Origin: Albugo candida
Taxonomy: Eukaryota
NCBI GenBank assembly: GCA_040437565.1
Contig: JBDOQK010000012.1
Span: 248,001 to 312,000 of the forward strand
Direction of reading: 5' to 3'
Length of the DNA: 64,000 nt
The translations under genes were made by a program, and so were the position numbers. Below are positions 24,953 to 38,297 of this stretch, one piece after another. The notes under the pieces were generated by a model. The model was given only the letters and a program-made list of their open reading frames with translations, did no database searches and was not told the DNA's origin. Numbering within the stretch: position 1 is the first letter of the stretch; each line of letters starts with the position of its first letter.

Positions 24953-27900
24953 ATGACGTCGTCAAATAGGACCAAAGTTTCTGAGACAATTCGACCTGCA
25001 AGGGACGCCGCGTACTCAACATCGAATACAACGGTCGAATCTTTTCACGAACCTCTCTCCATCCGTCAAATTGACTCTCAAACCCGTAAAGAAAAATTTA
25101 TTGAGTGGAAACTGCAGAAAGAACACGAGAAGAAATACCGACACGAACCCGTATCGTCTCGATCAGATTTGCCAGTTACATTCAGCTCAATGTCGCAATC
25201 ACGTGGCCCCCTCAATAAAGTCGACTCACGTTTACCAAAAAAAAAGCAACAATCCAAACTTTTGGAAATAAGGAAACATTTTATGGAATCTCCAACAATG
25301 GAGCAAGCCAAGCTGGAACGTGAGGGCGGTACTCAACAAGAGTCACATTCTATCGACACGGAATACGTTCAAGCAAGTTTACATAAGAGGGGAACAAACG
25401 ACCACCAAAAACTCACTGCGAACACAACGATTGAGAGTACTGCATCGCGTATACCCAGAACTCCATGCAAAATATCTTCAACCAGATCCAACACAAATCC
25501 TAACAATATTGAACAATCACGCACCCAGAATCACGACCAATCCAGTGTCGAGAATCTCGTCAAGCCAGAATTTATTCAACAAATAAACGGCAACCAAAAG
25601 GAGGATGTCGTGGGGCAACAAGAGCCACAGATTTACACGAACAACCAAGTAGAAATGGATATTGTTGAAGAATCAAATAACGAGTCGTCTCAATACATTG
25701 AGCGGACCCAAACGACCTCAACGATAAAAAATCAATCTGATGAGTCTGCGATTATAGTTGCAGAGAGTGAAGTCATTTTCGGAACCACACGTCCGACAGT
25801 GGACACTGAGACGTTTATCTATGATAACGAGGTAGAAGATAGCAACATGAAGTCTGACTATCGAGGTGGTCAACCAACGAACGAGGTCGATACAAGTATT
25901 ATGATTGAGGAGGAAACAGCATCTGCAGAAACCGAGAAAAAAGATGAAGATATCCAGAAACTGATTGAACGTCTGGATTATGAGAATGAAGCGGTTATTG
26001 CTGATGAAACATCTGAACAGGGAAGTTTTTGGCAAAATGAGCTAGAGGATCTCGATTTAATACAGGACCAATTTGATGTGCCGGACACCAGAATCCGAGC
26101 GACTCACATCGTTGAGGAAACCCCTCAGTCCGGGTCGAGTACAAAGAGTACCAATACATCAGAGACGGTCGCCCTTCCGGAAAACGAACCTAAGATTACA
26201 TCAACGTGGTGGTTTCGATGCGCGCTGGTGGCAGCTCTAACCTATCTCCTTTTCAATTCGTATCCTTGGATTTTATTGCCGGCAGATTTGCTTTTATTGG
26301 GCTGGTTGCAGGTGCTGGGACAAGCGGCACGTTACCTCAATAATGGAGAAAATGTCGTTTACAAACTCGGAGATGCACTTGCTCAAGCGACATTCCAGTT
26401 ACCTCCAGAAATTTTTACATTTTGGAAATTCACACTGGAAAAATCATTCTCCACGTACCACGCAGTCGCTGGATTTCTAACTGTATGGAGCAGAGTATTG
26501 CGAGATTATGCCGTAGTAGCAGCTTTACTCGCTCGAGCTGCGTGTATCGACAGCACGATCGGAATCATAAATGGGATGAGTTGGATCGGGTCGTTAATGT
26601 CGCACGAAGGTACGCATGGAGGTGATGAGGCTGCGGGAAAGCAAACTCAAAAGCTACAAGAGATTCAACAAGAACAAGACTCTGTGCTTTCAGAAGTGCT
26701 GAGTCGACTCAATGAAGGGGAAGAAGAAGCCTTGCGGAAAATTGCCGATATGCGAGCTCGAAGAGAAACGTTTGAGAGTTTGACAGACTCTATCCTGGCA
26801 GAGGCAAGAGATGCGGCGCTGGAAAGCATCCGGGAAGCCACAGAAGAAGCCACAAGTCAGATCAAAAATTATGCTTTGGCTGTATCGAAAATCTATGCAA
26901 AGGAATTGGAAGCTGAATTGGCCACTCACAAAGCTCTTGTCGAAGAGGAAGTTGCATTAGCTGAGTCAGAGGCCGAGTATGAAGCCAATTTGTTGGAGAA
27001 TGAAGGTCGAGAAATGGTGAAAGAGGTTGAAAAGCTCGACGAAGAGGTGCAGCATATTGCTGAAGATTTGGATGTTGATGGTATCACTACAGATGAGAAG
27101 GAGACGTTCTTGGGGAAAAGCACCGATTTCGATGCAGAGGATGAAGAAAAAGAGCTCAAGATACAAGTGGTGGTACAGGAAGAGGAAATAGTTCGTGTTT
27201 TGGATAAAGAATCCCATCTTGTTGCAGAAAGTGTTTCCAAAGTCAAAGCTCTTGTGGAAGATGAGAAACGAGTTGGGAAGACAGTCATGCCCGAGGATAT
27301 CGCTTTAATTGTTAAGGACGTTCAACAAGTGACCGAGCATTCACACGCTCTTGATGATAAAGTGGTAAATAATTCTCCAATTTCAGATCGATGGATGAAA
27401 CGACTTGCTACGAGATCGAAAGAGGCTGTGGTGATGACACTAGCAGTCTCTGTGATTGCTGTGATTGCTTTTAGCATCCGTCGAATTCTTCTCCGACGAA
27501 AACGAGCAAATTTTCGTCGTCGAGCTCTGCATCCAAAGCGTTGGCAATTACAAGCCGAAGCAACAGAGTTGCTCGATGACAACGAAGATGATGTCGCAGA
27601 ATTCATACCAGCGGCTACAACAGATACTGAACCCGAGCCGNNNNNNNNNNNNNNNNNNNNNNNNNNNNNNNNNNNNNNNNNNNNNNNNNNNNNNNNNNNN
27701 NNNNNNNNNNNNNNNNNNNNNNNNNNNNNNNNNNNNNNNNGATGACAACGAAGATGATGTCGCAGAATTCATACCAGCGGCTACAACAGATACTGAACCC
27801 GAGCCGGAAAGTGGAGATTGCAATTGGGAATCTTCGAGTACGATTTCTTCTCATGACGACTACCGCACCAATATGAGCGATAATATAGAGATGGAAGCAC

Positions 27901-27956
27901 CCACAGTTGTCAGACGCTCCCAACGTGTGCGGATGGTATCGACTCGATCACGCTGA
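24953..27956 (+). CDS. Hypothetical membrane protein with an acidic coiled-coil (about 945 aa after gap closure)
   Basis: Long intronless ORF; hydrophobic segments WWFRCALVAALTYLLF.. and VVMTLAVSVIAVIAFSI followed by an Arg-rich stretch; E/A/K-rich coiled coil; gap 27641-27740 flanked by a 66-bp overlap. Confidence 0.75.
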
Positions 27957-27991
27957 GTCACTGTAATCTGAATTTTGATCTGTTGGATGTA

Positions 27992-28864
27992 TCACTTATT
28001 TTGTCGGTTGACTACCAATTTGTAGCCAGGAAGTATAGCCCCACGATATCCTTTCGGAAAATACGAGCGATTGAATGCGCGTAATTGATCATTTGTCATG
28101 TGATATTTTGCAGCTATATCCTCTGGCGTTTCTCCTTCCTTCACGACATGAATCTGTCTCGTGAGTGTGATTTCTCCAATATGTCGATAGCGATACGCGC
28201 GTTCTGAAGCTTCTTTATCGGGTACAATAACACTCTCTCCTTCTTGGAGCCTCACTAGCTTTCCCTTGAGAAACCGACCACGATTCATTTCCATGAATTG
28301 GATCATTGTGAGCTTATAATCGGCGCAAATCGACTCCATAGTATCGCCGCATTTGAGTGTATGCACTTTGTATTTAGCTGCACTTTGATCTGTGAATGCT
28401 TCTAAAGGAAGATCCCCATAGCATGAGACTCCATCGACAGGATATATCTGTTTCTGATCGCTATGTAAAACCTGTTGATCGACTCCTGTGTCCATGTTGT
28501 AGATATGTAATAGAAGACCGGGGGATAAGTTTCCTCGTTCTCCAATTGGAAAATGCTTACGATTTGCCATTCGGATGAAATGCGTTGTTGTGTGATAGAA
28601 ATTGGCAATGGATTCCAATGTGTCGCCATGTCGCACCAAATGCATGCGTCCCCAACCTTTATCGATGCAATCGGGTGGAGGAGGTAGATGAAGACTTTTC
28701 GGGTCTTTAGAGACGGATTCCAAAGCCTTTGTAGAAGAGCTATTGGTTGCAATAGGTTTGTATGCATACGGTGAAGTGTACGTGTCCCGAACGCGAGTCA
28801 GTGTTGAGGTACTGGTGCTACAGAGCGACAAAGATTTCGTGTCGCTTCCGCAGGTCCCATACAT
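27992..28864 (-). CDS. Protein with three LysM domains, no evident signal peptide
   Basis: HLVRHGDTLESIANFY..NR..PG, HTLKCGDTMESICADY..NR, HVVKEGETPEDIAAKY..NR..PGYKLVV; start may extend to 28939. Confidence 0.85.
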   Translation of the reverse strand: MYGTCGSDTKSLSLCSTSTSTLTRVRDTYTSPYAYKPIATNSSSTKALESVSKDPKSLHLPPPPDCIDKGWGRMHLVRHGDTLESIANFYHTTTHFIRMANRKHFPIGERGNLSPGLLLHIYNMDTGVDQQVLHSDQKQIYPVDGVSCYGDLPLEAFTDQSAAKYKVHTLKCGDTMESICADYKLTMIQFMEMNRGRFLKGKLVRLQEGESVIVPDKEASERAYRYRHIGEITLTRQIHVVKEGETPEDIAAKYHMTNDQLRAFNRSYFPKGYRGAILPGYKLVVNRQNK

Positions 28865-28945
28865 TGCGATCGGCTGACGGCGCAGTATTTGGAGGTGGTA
28901 ATGTAGAGTGTAAACATGAAAAGTGGAATGATGTGTCAATTAAGT

Positions 28946-30045
28946 TCAGGTAGAGCAGCATGGGTCAATGCTTCCGCTCATTACATCGGCTTGTGTGTCT
29001 TTAAATAAAGCGAATCCTAAGCCTAATCCAATGATAACCGCAATGAAAAATAGACTTTCGTACATCATAATGATCAGCATGAGGAAATATGCAATGGTAA
29101 TTGCGACCATGTACAGCACTGCAGCGATGCCTTTACACCATAGCGGTAGCTTACGGATGATTTTGATGTCTTCCGCGTCATTACCGAATGATTGAACTTT
29201 TCTTGACTTGTATGCGGATGCAGGTGTGTCCATGGACATGTATACACCTTGGTTGATGGTTCGACCGTACTTTGAAAAGAGAAACCGCTGAGTGCGTTCT
29301 CTATACATTTCCAAAACTTCGAGACTCATTGCTAATAGCACCACACCAATAAACGCAAATGCGTATTTAAGCCCGGAAGTGAGCACAAACGGTTTGAATA
29401 AGAGCATCGCGCAAAACGCATCTTTACCAAATGCCGTCTGAAATCCATCAAACATGACGAATCCTGTCGGTGTACTCGAAGTTCCTGCGTTACAGAATGT
29501 ATACGACGATTGCGGAGGAGCACCGGTTGAAATGTAATTTTTCTAAAGCAGAAGGAGTCAGCGATGAGATGTCATGAGAACACACATACGAAAAACTGAC
29601 AGAATTCTTCCTTATCTCTTCGGCATGCTCGGGACTGCAGGCATATATTTTCTGATCGCCATGCGTTCCCCACGGTATACGAACCTTGAGCTCACTATAC
29701 TTTGCACCACACACTGGACAGGTATATTGCGTTGCGTTTTTGTATATCTCATCGTCTGAAATTTTATAAGCTTGTGGCTGTTTCAGGTAAGTGCTCTAAA
29801 ACCATACAAAAAATGAGTCAGTCTACGTATACTTTTTCTTCGACTGTATGCCATACCGGGTCGTTAACGAGCATATCAATGTGTCCGGCCATTTCGCAGG
29901 CAAATATATTCTGGTTCCCCTTGATCGATCCATTAAACTTGGTCTTGATGTCCATATCACATATCGGGCAGCTCAATTTGGAAATTATTTGCGCATTTAC
30001 ATGACATAAATTGACGCATAAGAAAAACAGCCGCGTTGTCACCAT
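28946..30045 (-). CDS. Ctr-family copper transporter with N-terminal Cys-rich YHS/TRASH-like repeats, multi-exon
   Basis: TM2 MxxxM (YFLMLIIMMYE), TM3 GxxxG (GLGLG), C-terminal DPCCST; N-terminal CPICDM..GNQNIFACEM and CPVCG..GDQKIYACSPEHA. Confidence 0.85.
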
Positions 30046-30259
30046 GTCAAATTGTATACTACTGATACTTACGGTAACACTACTAAATTAAGTGAGCTTT
30101 TTATGTGAATAGGTCCACCAATAGAGAAGAAGAATTACGTGTCATATCAATAATTGCACCATACGACTTTATATACTTTAAGAATAGTACTACTCACAGA
30201 ATTAGAAGTCGACTGCTCCTCTGCCAATTTCACTTTCGTCATTTGATTAAAAGCGCTTT

Positions 30260-31622
30260 ATGATGCATCTGTACATCGCATACACCACTTTGCTATTGTA
30301 CAATGGATTGCTCATATCGCTTCAAGCGTGTGGATCACATCATTCCCCTGTGTACGAAGCACGAGGCCTACTAACGACTGCAAACAGCTCTGAATACAAA
30401 TGCCCCGCATGCGGAATGTCGACCATAGAATTCGGGTACGACAATCAAAATTATGTGGTTTTCAATAATGGTCAGCGTATTTACACTTGCGGAATGGATC
30501 CACGCTCTTTTCCAGCATACAATTTTGACGTATCGGATACGTCGTATATCGCTGCGAATATGGTACGCATAGAACACATACTTACTCGGTAGTATTCTTA
30601 TCTGTTACGAGTAGGCAGAATTCATCCAATCACCCGACGACACTCAGTGCACGAAAGAGTGTGCCGAATGTACAACAGGAAACCTTCACGATCCAATCGA
30701 TAACACGAAAATCACTGCGAATAATGTCCAATCAATTTGCATCAAAAGAGGTCAGAAACTCTATTTTTCGAGTCAGGAAACCCGTCAAAAGTACCTCAAT
30801 CAAGTGAACAAAGCACCTCGACATCTCGTGCAGACAGCGATATGCAAAGACACCCAATGTGCTGATCTCAATACCATCAAGGACCTTAGTCAAGCGTCCA
30901 AGGATTTCGTTTCCAAGTACGACGCTGTCGCTTTGGCGGGCACACCATCGGAGCCCGAGGGCTTTTGCACCGGGAAAGGATCTGTGATGCTGAATGGCTT
31001 CCAATCCTCCGTCAAAGGATCGTGTATCCGCTTGTTCTTCTATCCGTGGGTGCTAAACAGCCAAGTCAAATATGCTTTTGGATTCATTGGGATCTTTTTA
31101 ATGGCTGTGGGGAATGAGTATCTCGCAAAGGTTCGCGAACAGCTTCGACGAAATGTGATGAGGAAAGGGAAAAAGAGAAATCTGACATACCGACGGAAAT
31201 GGACATTGGTATTGGCGTCTTTGTATATGATCCAAATGGTCGTTGCGTACTTGGCAATGCTGGTGGTTATGACGTACGAGACCGGGCTCTTTATCGCGTT
31301 GATACTTGGATTTGGAGCTGGTTTTCTTCTTTTCAAAAATATCGATTTGGATGTTGTCAACAAGCAAGAGGCTTGGAGGTATACAGATGCGTCTACCGTG
31401 TGTATGTCCGTCGAAGGAATGACATGCGCGGCCAGTTGTGGGAAGACAGTAGAGAACGCCTTACGTGGAATCGATGGGGTCGATAGGGTCCATGTAGATG
31501 TGAATGAAGGAAAAGCATACGTGTCGGGTACTGCCACTGTCGATGTGCTCACTGATGCTATCCAGTCGGTTGGATTCGCTGCGCGGGTACAGGAGCCTCG
31601 TCAAGGTGTTCATGATCAATAA
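30260..31622 (+). CDS. Ctr-family copper transporter with YHS-like N-terminus and C-terminal HMA domain, 2 exons
   Basis: Signal-like N-terminus; CPACGM..GQRIYTCGM; DPID..GQKLYFSS; YLAMLVVMTYETG (MxxxM); GFGAG; HMA VEGMTCAASCGKTVENALRGIDGV..AIQSVGF. Confidence 0.88.
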
Positions 31623-31640
31623 GCCGATATTTCCTCTTCT

Positions 31641-34600
31641 TTAGGCTCGCTGATAAGGTGAATAGAGATTTTCTTTATGAGAGCCCAAAGACTCCCGTGT
31701 ATCTCGTACAAAACTCTTGGAAGGATATTTGGAATTGATTTCAGTCGCATCGTATTCCCGCTGGGAATAAAAGCAATTATAATTGAGCGATGTATACAAA
31801 TTCTGAATGTGTGGGGATCGACTGTGCTTGAACATTGCTCCGAGTGTGACGATCTGAAAATGCACTTTGTGACGCCATTGAGATGTCGTTTTCATCATAC
31901 GTTCCTGCAGGATTTTGTGTGCAATTTGCTCATTTTCAGGCGATAGTGAAGCGGTACAAAGTGAAAGCATCGATTGGAAATCGTGGACGAACGAAAGAAT
32001 GTGATTGAAGCTCGCAGTGATGTACTGATGAAGCATATGATGCTGTAGAAAGCGTTAGAATCGACCTGAGAGCTTGTACGGCCCCAACCTTTTCCAGTAG
32101 GAAGAACCGCTCCAGTAATTGATCCACATACTTCATTTGGGTCTGACACATGGCGGAGAGGCTGATGGCCTGCTCCATGTGAGTCTTTGTCTCTTTCCAG
32201 AGCCTCGAAGTCACCTACACGGCACGTTCAAAGGGTATGCAGCTGGAGATTGTCAACGTACCTGACTTTGAAGATAGAGCTGGAAACACTTGGTGTAGTG
32301 CCACATGCTGGCCAGCTGCAGACGCCACACATGCGAGACCGACATTTGCCTGTCGAGGTCCGTTCTTCGTTGAAGTCGATGTTGTATCTATGGAAATGGA
32401 TCAGAGGGATCGAAAACCATAGGAAGATGTCGTACCGCCGATAAAGCCACTTGCACGACTTTGGTCTGCATGATGAAGACAGCTAATTGTGAATACTTTA
32501 CCAAAAGAGGCTTTCCCAGTAAGAGATGCAGTGGTGGTGCAATTTCTAGCGAGAATGTGAGAATGGAGATACTTTGAATGTCCATTTTGCATTCTTTGAT
32601 GTAAGGTCTTAAAGTCGATGGGGTCTCCATGGAGAAGGATTGCATGGTGGCGTCTGCTAATGCTTGAGCGTTCAGATGGATGTATAGGTCGCTTCCAAAT
32701 CGATACATAGCTTCCGAAATAAGTCGATCATTATAAAGGTCTTCAAGTGATTCCTGAAAATAAGCGTTAAGCGCCTGACGATCGGTCCAAGCGGCCGAAT
32801 ATCGCGACATTCGTTCCAGTAAGTATTCACAGAGTTTATGACACATTTCAGGCTACCGAGTATGAGAAATCAAATTGGCTGAGAGAAATGGGAGTACCTG
32901 AAGCATGAGGACAAGGTAGCGGAGGCTTTTGATCCGTTCCAATAAGCACAATTCCGCTCGGAACAAAGACGCGATTTCCCCATTGAGTGTGGCGCACTGA
33001 CGATACAAAAATCAATCGACATACTGAGAAGAGAGATACAAACCTTTTGGGCAACGGGAACGATCACATGAGATTCCATCCACCGTGAAAATGGCAAGAG
33101 AACTAGGTCAGTCTCATTGATTGTCAAGTCGAATTGTACCGCCTGAGGACTTTTATTTGGGAAGCTTTGCTGTCGAAATGTGTTGAGGATACATCGACTT
33201 GTGATCGCTTCCTCTAATGCAGGCACAAGGTCATGGAGGAACACGGGAAGGAACTCTCTATGGATAGTGAATAGCTGGCTATCGATCAAATAGCGATCGG
33301 AAATGGTTTTTGACTCGGCAGTGTAGCCAACAAACATCTCGGAATGAGTCGGAATGCATTCGGTAAAACTCGTTCTGAAAAACATTCGTTCCAGCAAGTC
33401 TAAATATGGTTCCAATGCGCTTTTGAACAGCCGGAAACACGAATCAAAGTGGCTGATATCCTCCTCGATATCGATTCCATTATCATCCATTAAAGCCCGA
33501 GTCGGATGCGTGAGGGATTCTTGCTGGAGGATCTCATAAAGCGTGTTGAGAATCGTCACAGCTATTCGTCCAGGCTCCGTGGAATGACGAGGAGTGTCGA
33601 ATGGCTCGATGCATTTGCGTACAAGGAATGAGAGCCATTTGATTCTTTGTAAGGATGAATGAAGCTCCACTCTGATTGAAAGTAAGGTCGAATGGAGAAA
33701 TCGTGTGTCCAAGTCTTTCGAGCTTTCCTGATCCAATTTCTGTTCCTTTATAAATCGCATTTGGACTCGAACGATACACTGATTCACCGAGCAAATAATT
33801 GTGGAAATCGCCGCACTGAAGCCTTCCAACACCACCGATTTCGATGCAAATGCAAATGTATCGCGTTGTACGAATGATTGGAAACGCCGGAGATAACAGA
33901 AATTGGAAGCGGTCGCAGCAAAGAATTCCAAAAGATGATGCAAAGCCTTTAACGATAAGTGGGGGACGGCAGTGTGTTTGGCTCTCGATGTCAATTGGGC
34001 CGTCTCAAACAAAGTATCCCCAAGAAAGCCGCTTTCCGATTGACACGCAGACGTATCACTCGCACATTCAATGAATTCGAATACATCGGACGGAATGCCC
34101 AAAAGCACGTGGAAGACCGCGTCTACGAGAATTTGCTCTCTGATGAGTGTAATTGCGGGTTTTTCAGCGACGTTTGTGGATCGAAACAACGTGCACGGAT
34201 CACTCATTTGAAATCGACGAGAGCTTGGAATGTCTTCGCACAACTCAGTTGCCAATTTCAAGTCGAAAGCATTTTGCAAAGTGTTATTTTCTGATTTCTT
34301 ATCGACGCCATAATACCTCTGTAAAAGGCGATTTTGTCGTCTCTGATTGAACGCATCTATTCCCTCTAAAGAGCTATCGAAAGCGACAGTTGGGTCCTTC
34401 ATCAGTTGATTCAGTTCATCACCGTCGTTGAAAGACTGATTGGAAGATAGACGAGACGTTAGATCCATTTCTTCGTCCTCATCGGCGCTATCGGTCCAAT
34501 CGCCAAACCACGCGTCTTCACAGGCGATTTCGATCAAATCCGGTACCAGCGACTGATCTTCAACCACTTCCGTCACTGTGTCTTCCATTTCCAAGTCGAT

Positions 34601-34996
34601 ACATTCGGATTGGCGGCTCGGATGACAGCTCAATTCCATTAATAATTGAAGCATTTTTGTATCGAAATCATTCGCTAAAACGCGCATTTGTTTCGCTTTT
34701 TCCGATTGGGAATGAATTTTGACTTTCTTTAGAATTTGTTCAAAGTCGTGTTGCACCTGTTTTGGGCTTTTCTCCAAGCATTTGTGCGTAAATAGGTCCA
34801 GCAATAGTTTCTCCACGCATAGACTTTGTGTTTCTGAGCTCTCTATGCGTTCAGTCTCACTTTTACTTGCAGAGGGGTATGCAGTAATATTGGATGTATC
34901 ATTGGCGCTTTTTTTGCGAGCGGAACGATTGATTGTAACGCACAAAGCGGTCGCAAGCGGTCGCAATTCCTGCATCCATGAAGCTGGTGGCGCCAT
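31641..34996 (-). CDS. TUBGCP5: Gamma-tubulin complex component (GCP5-like), multi-exon
   Basis: Spc97/98-type motifs EQILVDAVFHVLLGIPSDVF, VLEGFSAAIS, LEPYLDLLERM, PVFL, PPLHLLLGK..KYSQLAVF, LNYNCFY; acidic insert WFGDWTDSADEDEE suggests GCP5. Confidence 0.72.
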
Positions 34997-35111
34997 TGGG
35001 GTGATACTTTTGGAATATACGGTGCTTCTCGAAAATTCGACAATTAAGACAGGTCGAAAATGTGTTTCATCAATACTGACACGAAAGGAAACTTACTCAG
35101 TTAAATCAATA

Positions 35112-37973
35112 TCAATTTCGGTGTATCACTTTTGGCATTTTCCTTTTCTCTAAATCTTCAATTTCCTTAACTTTATAATAATGCGGCGCCAATTCTCGAA
35201 GCCATTCCGGTTTGATCGGAATTAATTGACGCATATATTCCTTCGTAGTGAATGCCAATTCATGATACACTAGCCATCGTGGCACTTCCTCCAATTTAAT
35301 CAAACAAGAGCTCGGATGAATATAAACGGAATGATTGTGCTTGAGCGTTTTATAATGACCAGAGCTGTCGAGCTTTGCAGTATTGTAAAAGTATCCCGCC
35401 GTCATCGCTTTCCGAATAGGCTCGTGATCCAACGGATTAGAAGACTTCTCGAGCTCCACGCGATCGCACAAGTTTTCCAGCTGCTCTCTAATGTCCCGCG
35501 CTGTTTTTAATGACCGCATAATAACAAAATTCTCATACGTCCACTGTGTCGAGTAATTTGTTTCGACCCATTGATTGTATACGTTCAACAGTGTGATGTG
35601 ATCGCCTCCACCTCCACGGGCGAAATTAAGTCGTGCGTTATCAGCGTGCACGGCTTTGTCTTTTGGACGATAAAAAATCGAATTATTAACGCTCAGCATC
35701 GCACAAATTGTCATGACTTCCTCGACGCAATAGTAGGTCCCAGATGTGATGAGAGCTTTGGACATCATTGGATCAAGTGGAAATTCAGCCATTCGTCGAC
35801 CAAGTTTAGTGAGTTCTCCTCGATCGTTGAGAGCTCCGAGTGCGTACAATTGCTCCAGTGATCGTATCAAGGCTTTTTCCGGTGGCGGATCCATGAAATC
35901 AAAGTGGAGTAAATCGTTAATTCCTAGTGATTTCATCAGTAAGACCACACTACCCAAATTGGTTCGTTGTATCTCTGGAATAGTAGTTTCATCGAGCTCA
36001 TTCTTGTACGACCAAGCAGTGTACAATCGGAAACATTTACCGGGAGCCGTCCTTCCAGCTCGACCTGCTCGCTGGTTGGCCATCGCTTGTGATATGGGCG
36101 TCACGAGTAGTGATTCCATTCCAGAATGTGGATTGTAATTGGTCTGTTTGCAGAAACCGGTGTCAATCACATAACAGATTCCAGGAATTGTCAATGAAGT
36201 CTCGGCGATGTTTGTACTTAATACAACTTTACGAGCGTTTTCAGGAGTGGTCTCAAAGACCTGAGCTTGACGTTCCGATGGCAATGTCGCGTAAATTGGT
36301 CGGATCAGTAGTTCACGTACCCTGGAGCCTAGACCGCGAGTTCGTTGTAGCAGGATCTCTTCGGCTGCTTCAATTTCTTCTTGGCCAGTGAAGAAAACGA
36401 GAATGTCACCTAGCGGTTGTGTGACGTGAATTTGAAGTACGGTCACAATTGCAGCATCCAAGTAATCTGCCTCTGGCGCTTTCGTATACAGAATATCTAC
36501 AGGGTACATTCGTCCTGGAATTTTGAAGATTGGAGCGTTATCGAAATACGCGCTGAATTTTGCTGCGTCCAACGTCGCACTGGCGATAATGATTTTGATA
36601 TCTTCCCGAAATCGTGCGACGTCTTTGATCAGCCCGAACAAAATATCGGTACTAAGCGTTCGCTCGTGAGCTTCATCAATGATCATGACGCTGTAGTCTT
36701 TAAGCTCAGGATCGGTGAGAAATTCTCGGAGAAGCATACCATCTGTCATGTATTTGATCACAGTCTTATCAGAGGTACAGTCTTCAAATCGAATGGAATA
36801 CCCGACCTCATTACCGAGCTTCACATCCATCTCCTGGGATACACGCGCTGCCACACTCATTGCTGCTACTCGACGTGGTTGAGTACATCCGATTTTGCCC
36901 AATTCAGTGTATCCAACTTCATGAAGATACTGTGGAATCTGAGTCGTTTTTCCCGATCCCGTCTCTCCTTCAATGATCAAAACCGAGTAATTTCGAATAG
37001 CTTCGAGAAGAGGTTCACGATACGGATACACCGGAAGCTTTTTACGACCTTCTTGCATTGACAGATGTTTGGATTCTTGCAGCTTCATTTTGGCTTCCTT
37101 GATATCTTGCTCACTGACATGCTTTCCCGCAATCATTTGCTGAGAAATAAACTCAATCTGATCTTCAAACATGTACTCATAGTCTTGAACCTCTCCTTCC
37201 TGTTTTTTCACTTTGAGCTTATCCTCAGCTCCAAATTGTGTTTTGGCCATTTTGGTTTGAGTATCTTCCCAAATTTCTTGCTCACTTCGAAATACTTCTT
37301 CCTCTTCGTATCGTTCGGTGAGTAACTCTTCTTTCTTGTGCACACGATTTCCTTCATCATCCACTTCCTCGTACGAATCTGGCATCTGATAGCCGTCCAC
37401 ACGATCTTGATCCTTCCGAGAGCGTTCACGAGCAGTATCTAAAATGCGTTGATGTAGAGTCGCTTGCTCTCTCTCTAATTTTGTTCGCCGTACATTTTCA
37501 AATAACACTTCTTCATCCTTGAGTTGAAACTCAAGCAAGTCAAGTTCCTTTTCTTCGCGTTTCTTCAGATACTCTTGTCGCGATAATTCTCTCATTCGTT
37601 CCAATTTCTCATAAAGCAATCGATCATTTTCAGATAGATCGTCTTTCTTGCTCGCTGTTTCGCCTCGTTTCGATAACTGTTCTATTTCTTCTTTGCTGAG
37701 TCTATGGGAATCGTCTTCATCATCGTTTGGTTTCAACTTTTTTCTCATAATTTTCTCATTGTCACGTTGTTGGAGCCGTTCGGCAAAAGCATCCCGTTCT
37801 TCACGATCTCGTTCACGTGCACTGTCGTCCTGCTTTCCTGCTTTTTTGCGTTCATTTCTACTTCGGAAATCAGTTATTATCTCCGTGGTATCTTCCTCCT
37901 CGCTCTCCGACTCATGCTTTGTTCGTCCTCTTCGGCGCTGAAATCCATTTTTTCGACGATCTTCAGAGACCAT
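35112..37973 (-). CDS. DHX16: Pre-mRNA splicing DEAH-box helicase DHX16/Prp2
   Basis: [43 protein letters not shown]-terminal motif, ELAPHYY C-terminus; likely start MVSEDRR. Confidence 0.93.
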   Translation of the reverse strand: MVSEDRRKNGFQRRRGRTKHESESEEEDTTEIITDFRSRNERKKAGKQDDSARERDREERDAFAERLQQRDNEKIMRKKLKPNDDEDDSHRLSKEEIEQLSKRGETASKKDDLSENDRLLYEKLERMRELSRQEYLKKREEKELDLLEFQLKDEEVLFENVRRTKLEREQATLHQRILDTARERSRKDQDRVDGYQMPDSYEEVDDEGNRVHKKEELLTERYEEEEVFRSEQEIWEDTQTKMAKTQFGAEDKLKVKKQEGEVQDYEYMFEDQIEFISQQMIAGKHVSEQDIKEAKMKLQESKHLSMQEGRKKLPVYPYREPLLEAIRNYSVLIIEGETGSGKTTQIPQYLHEVGYTELGKIGCTQPRRVAAMSVAARVSQEMDVKLGNEVGYSIRFEDCTSDKTVIKYMTDGMLLREFLTDPELKDYSVMIIDEAHERTLSTDILFGLIKDVARFREDIKIIIASATLDAAKFSAYFDNAPIFKIPGRMYPVDILYTKAPEADYLDAAIVTVLQIHVTQPLGDILVFFTGQEEIEAAEEILLQRTRGLGSRVRELLIRPIYATLPSERQAQVFETTPENARKVVLSTNIAETSLTIPGICYVIDTGFCKQTNYNPHSGMESLLVTPISQAMANQRAGRAGRTAPGKCFRLYTAWSYKNELDETTIPEIQRTNLGSVVLLMKSLGINDLLHFDFMDPPPEKALIRSLEQLYALGALNDRGELTKLGRRMAEFPLDPMMSKALITSGTYYCVEEVMTICAMLSVNNSIFYRPKDKAVHADNARLNFARGGGGDHITLLNVYNQWVETNYSTQWTYENFVIMRSLKTARDIREQLENLCDRVELEKSSNPLDHEPIRKAMTAGYFYNTAKLDSSGHYKTLKHNHSVYIHPSSCLIKLEEVPRWLVYHELAFTTKEYMRQLIPIKPEWLRELAPHYYKVKEIEDLEKRKMPKVIHRN

Positions 37974-38297
37974 ACTGTTGGAGGTGTAACCGGTTATAAA
38001 GAGCCAAGCCCCGCGGTTCAAATAAGGTATTCTGATTGGTTATATACAGCTAGTCTATGATTCGTTACATTTCGTCAATGCACGCCGAGTATTTTTTCTG
38101 ATCTGCGTGAATTTAAAGCCACTAGTTAGAATGCCACATCGCTACGAGCGTTCCTACATACGTCACTCTGTCTTTGAGGGTGATATCTTCTGGCTCGGTA
38201 ATATGGCGATAAGTCCGTTGACGAGTATAAAAGTTTCTATTGATACTAATAGCCTTTCGCTATCGCTGTGTATTGTGACTTACTCAGTGACCTAAAT

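Noticed and set aside
35316-38060. Long antisense ORFs opposite DHX16 (and opposite MAPK, FtsZ, MLH1)
   Set aside because: Shadow ORFs of real coding strands with no recognisable motifs
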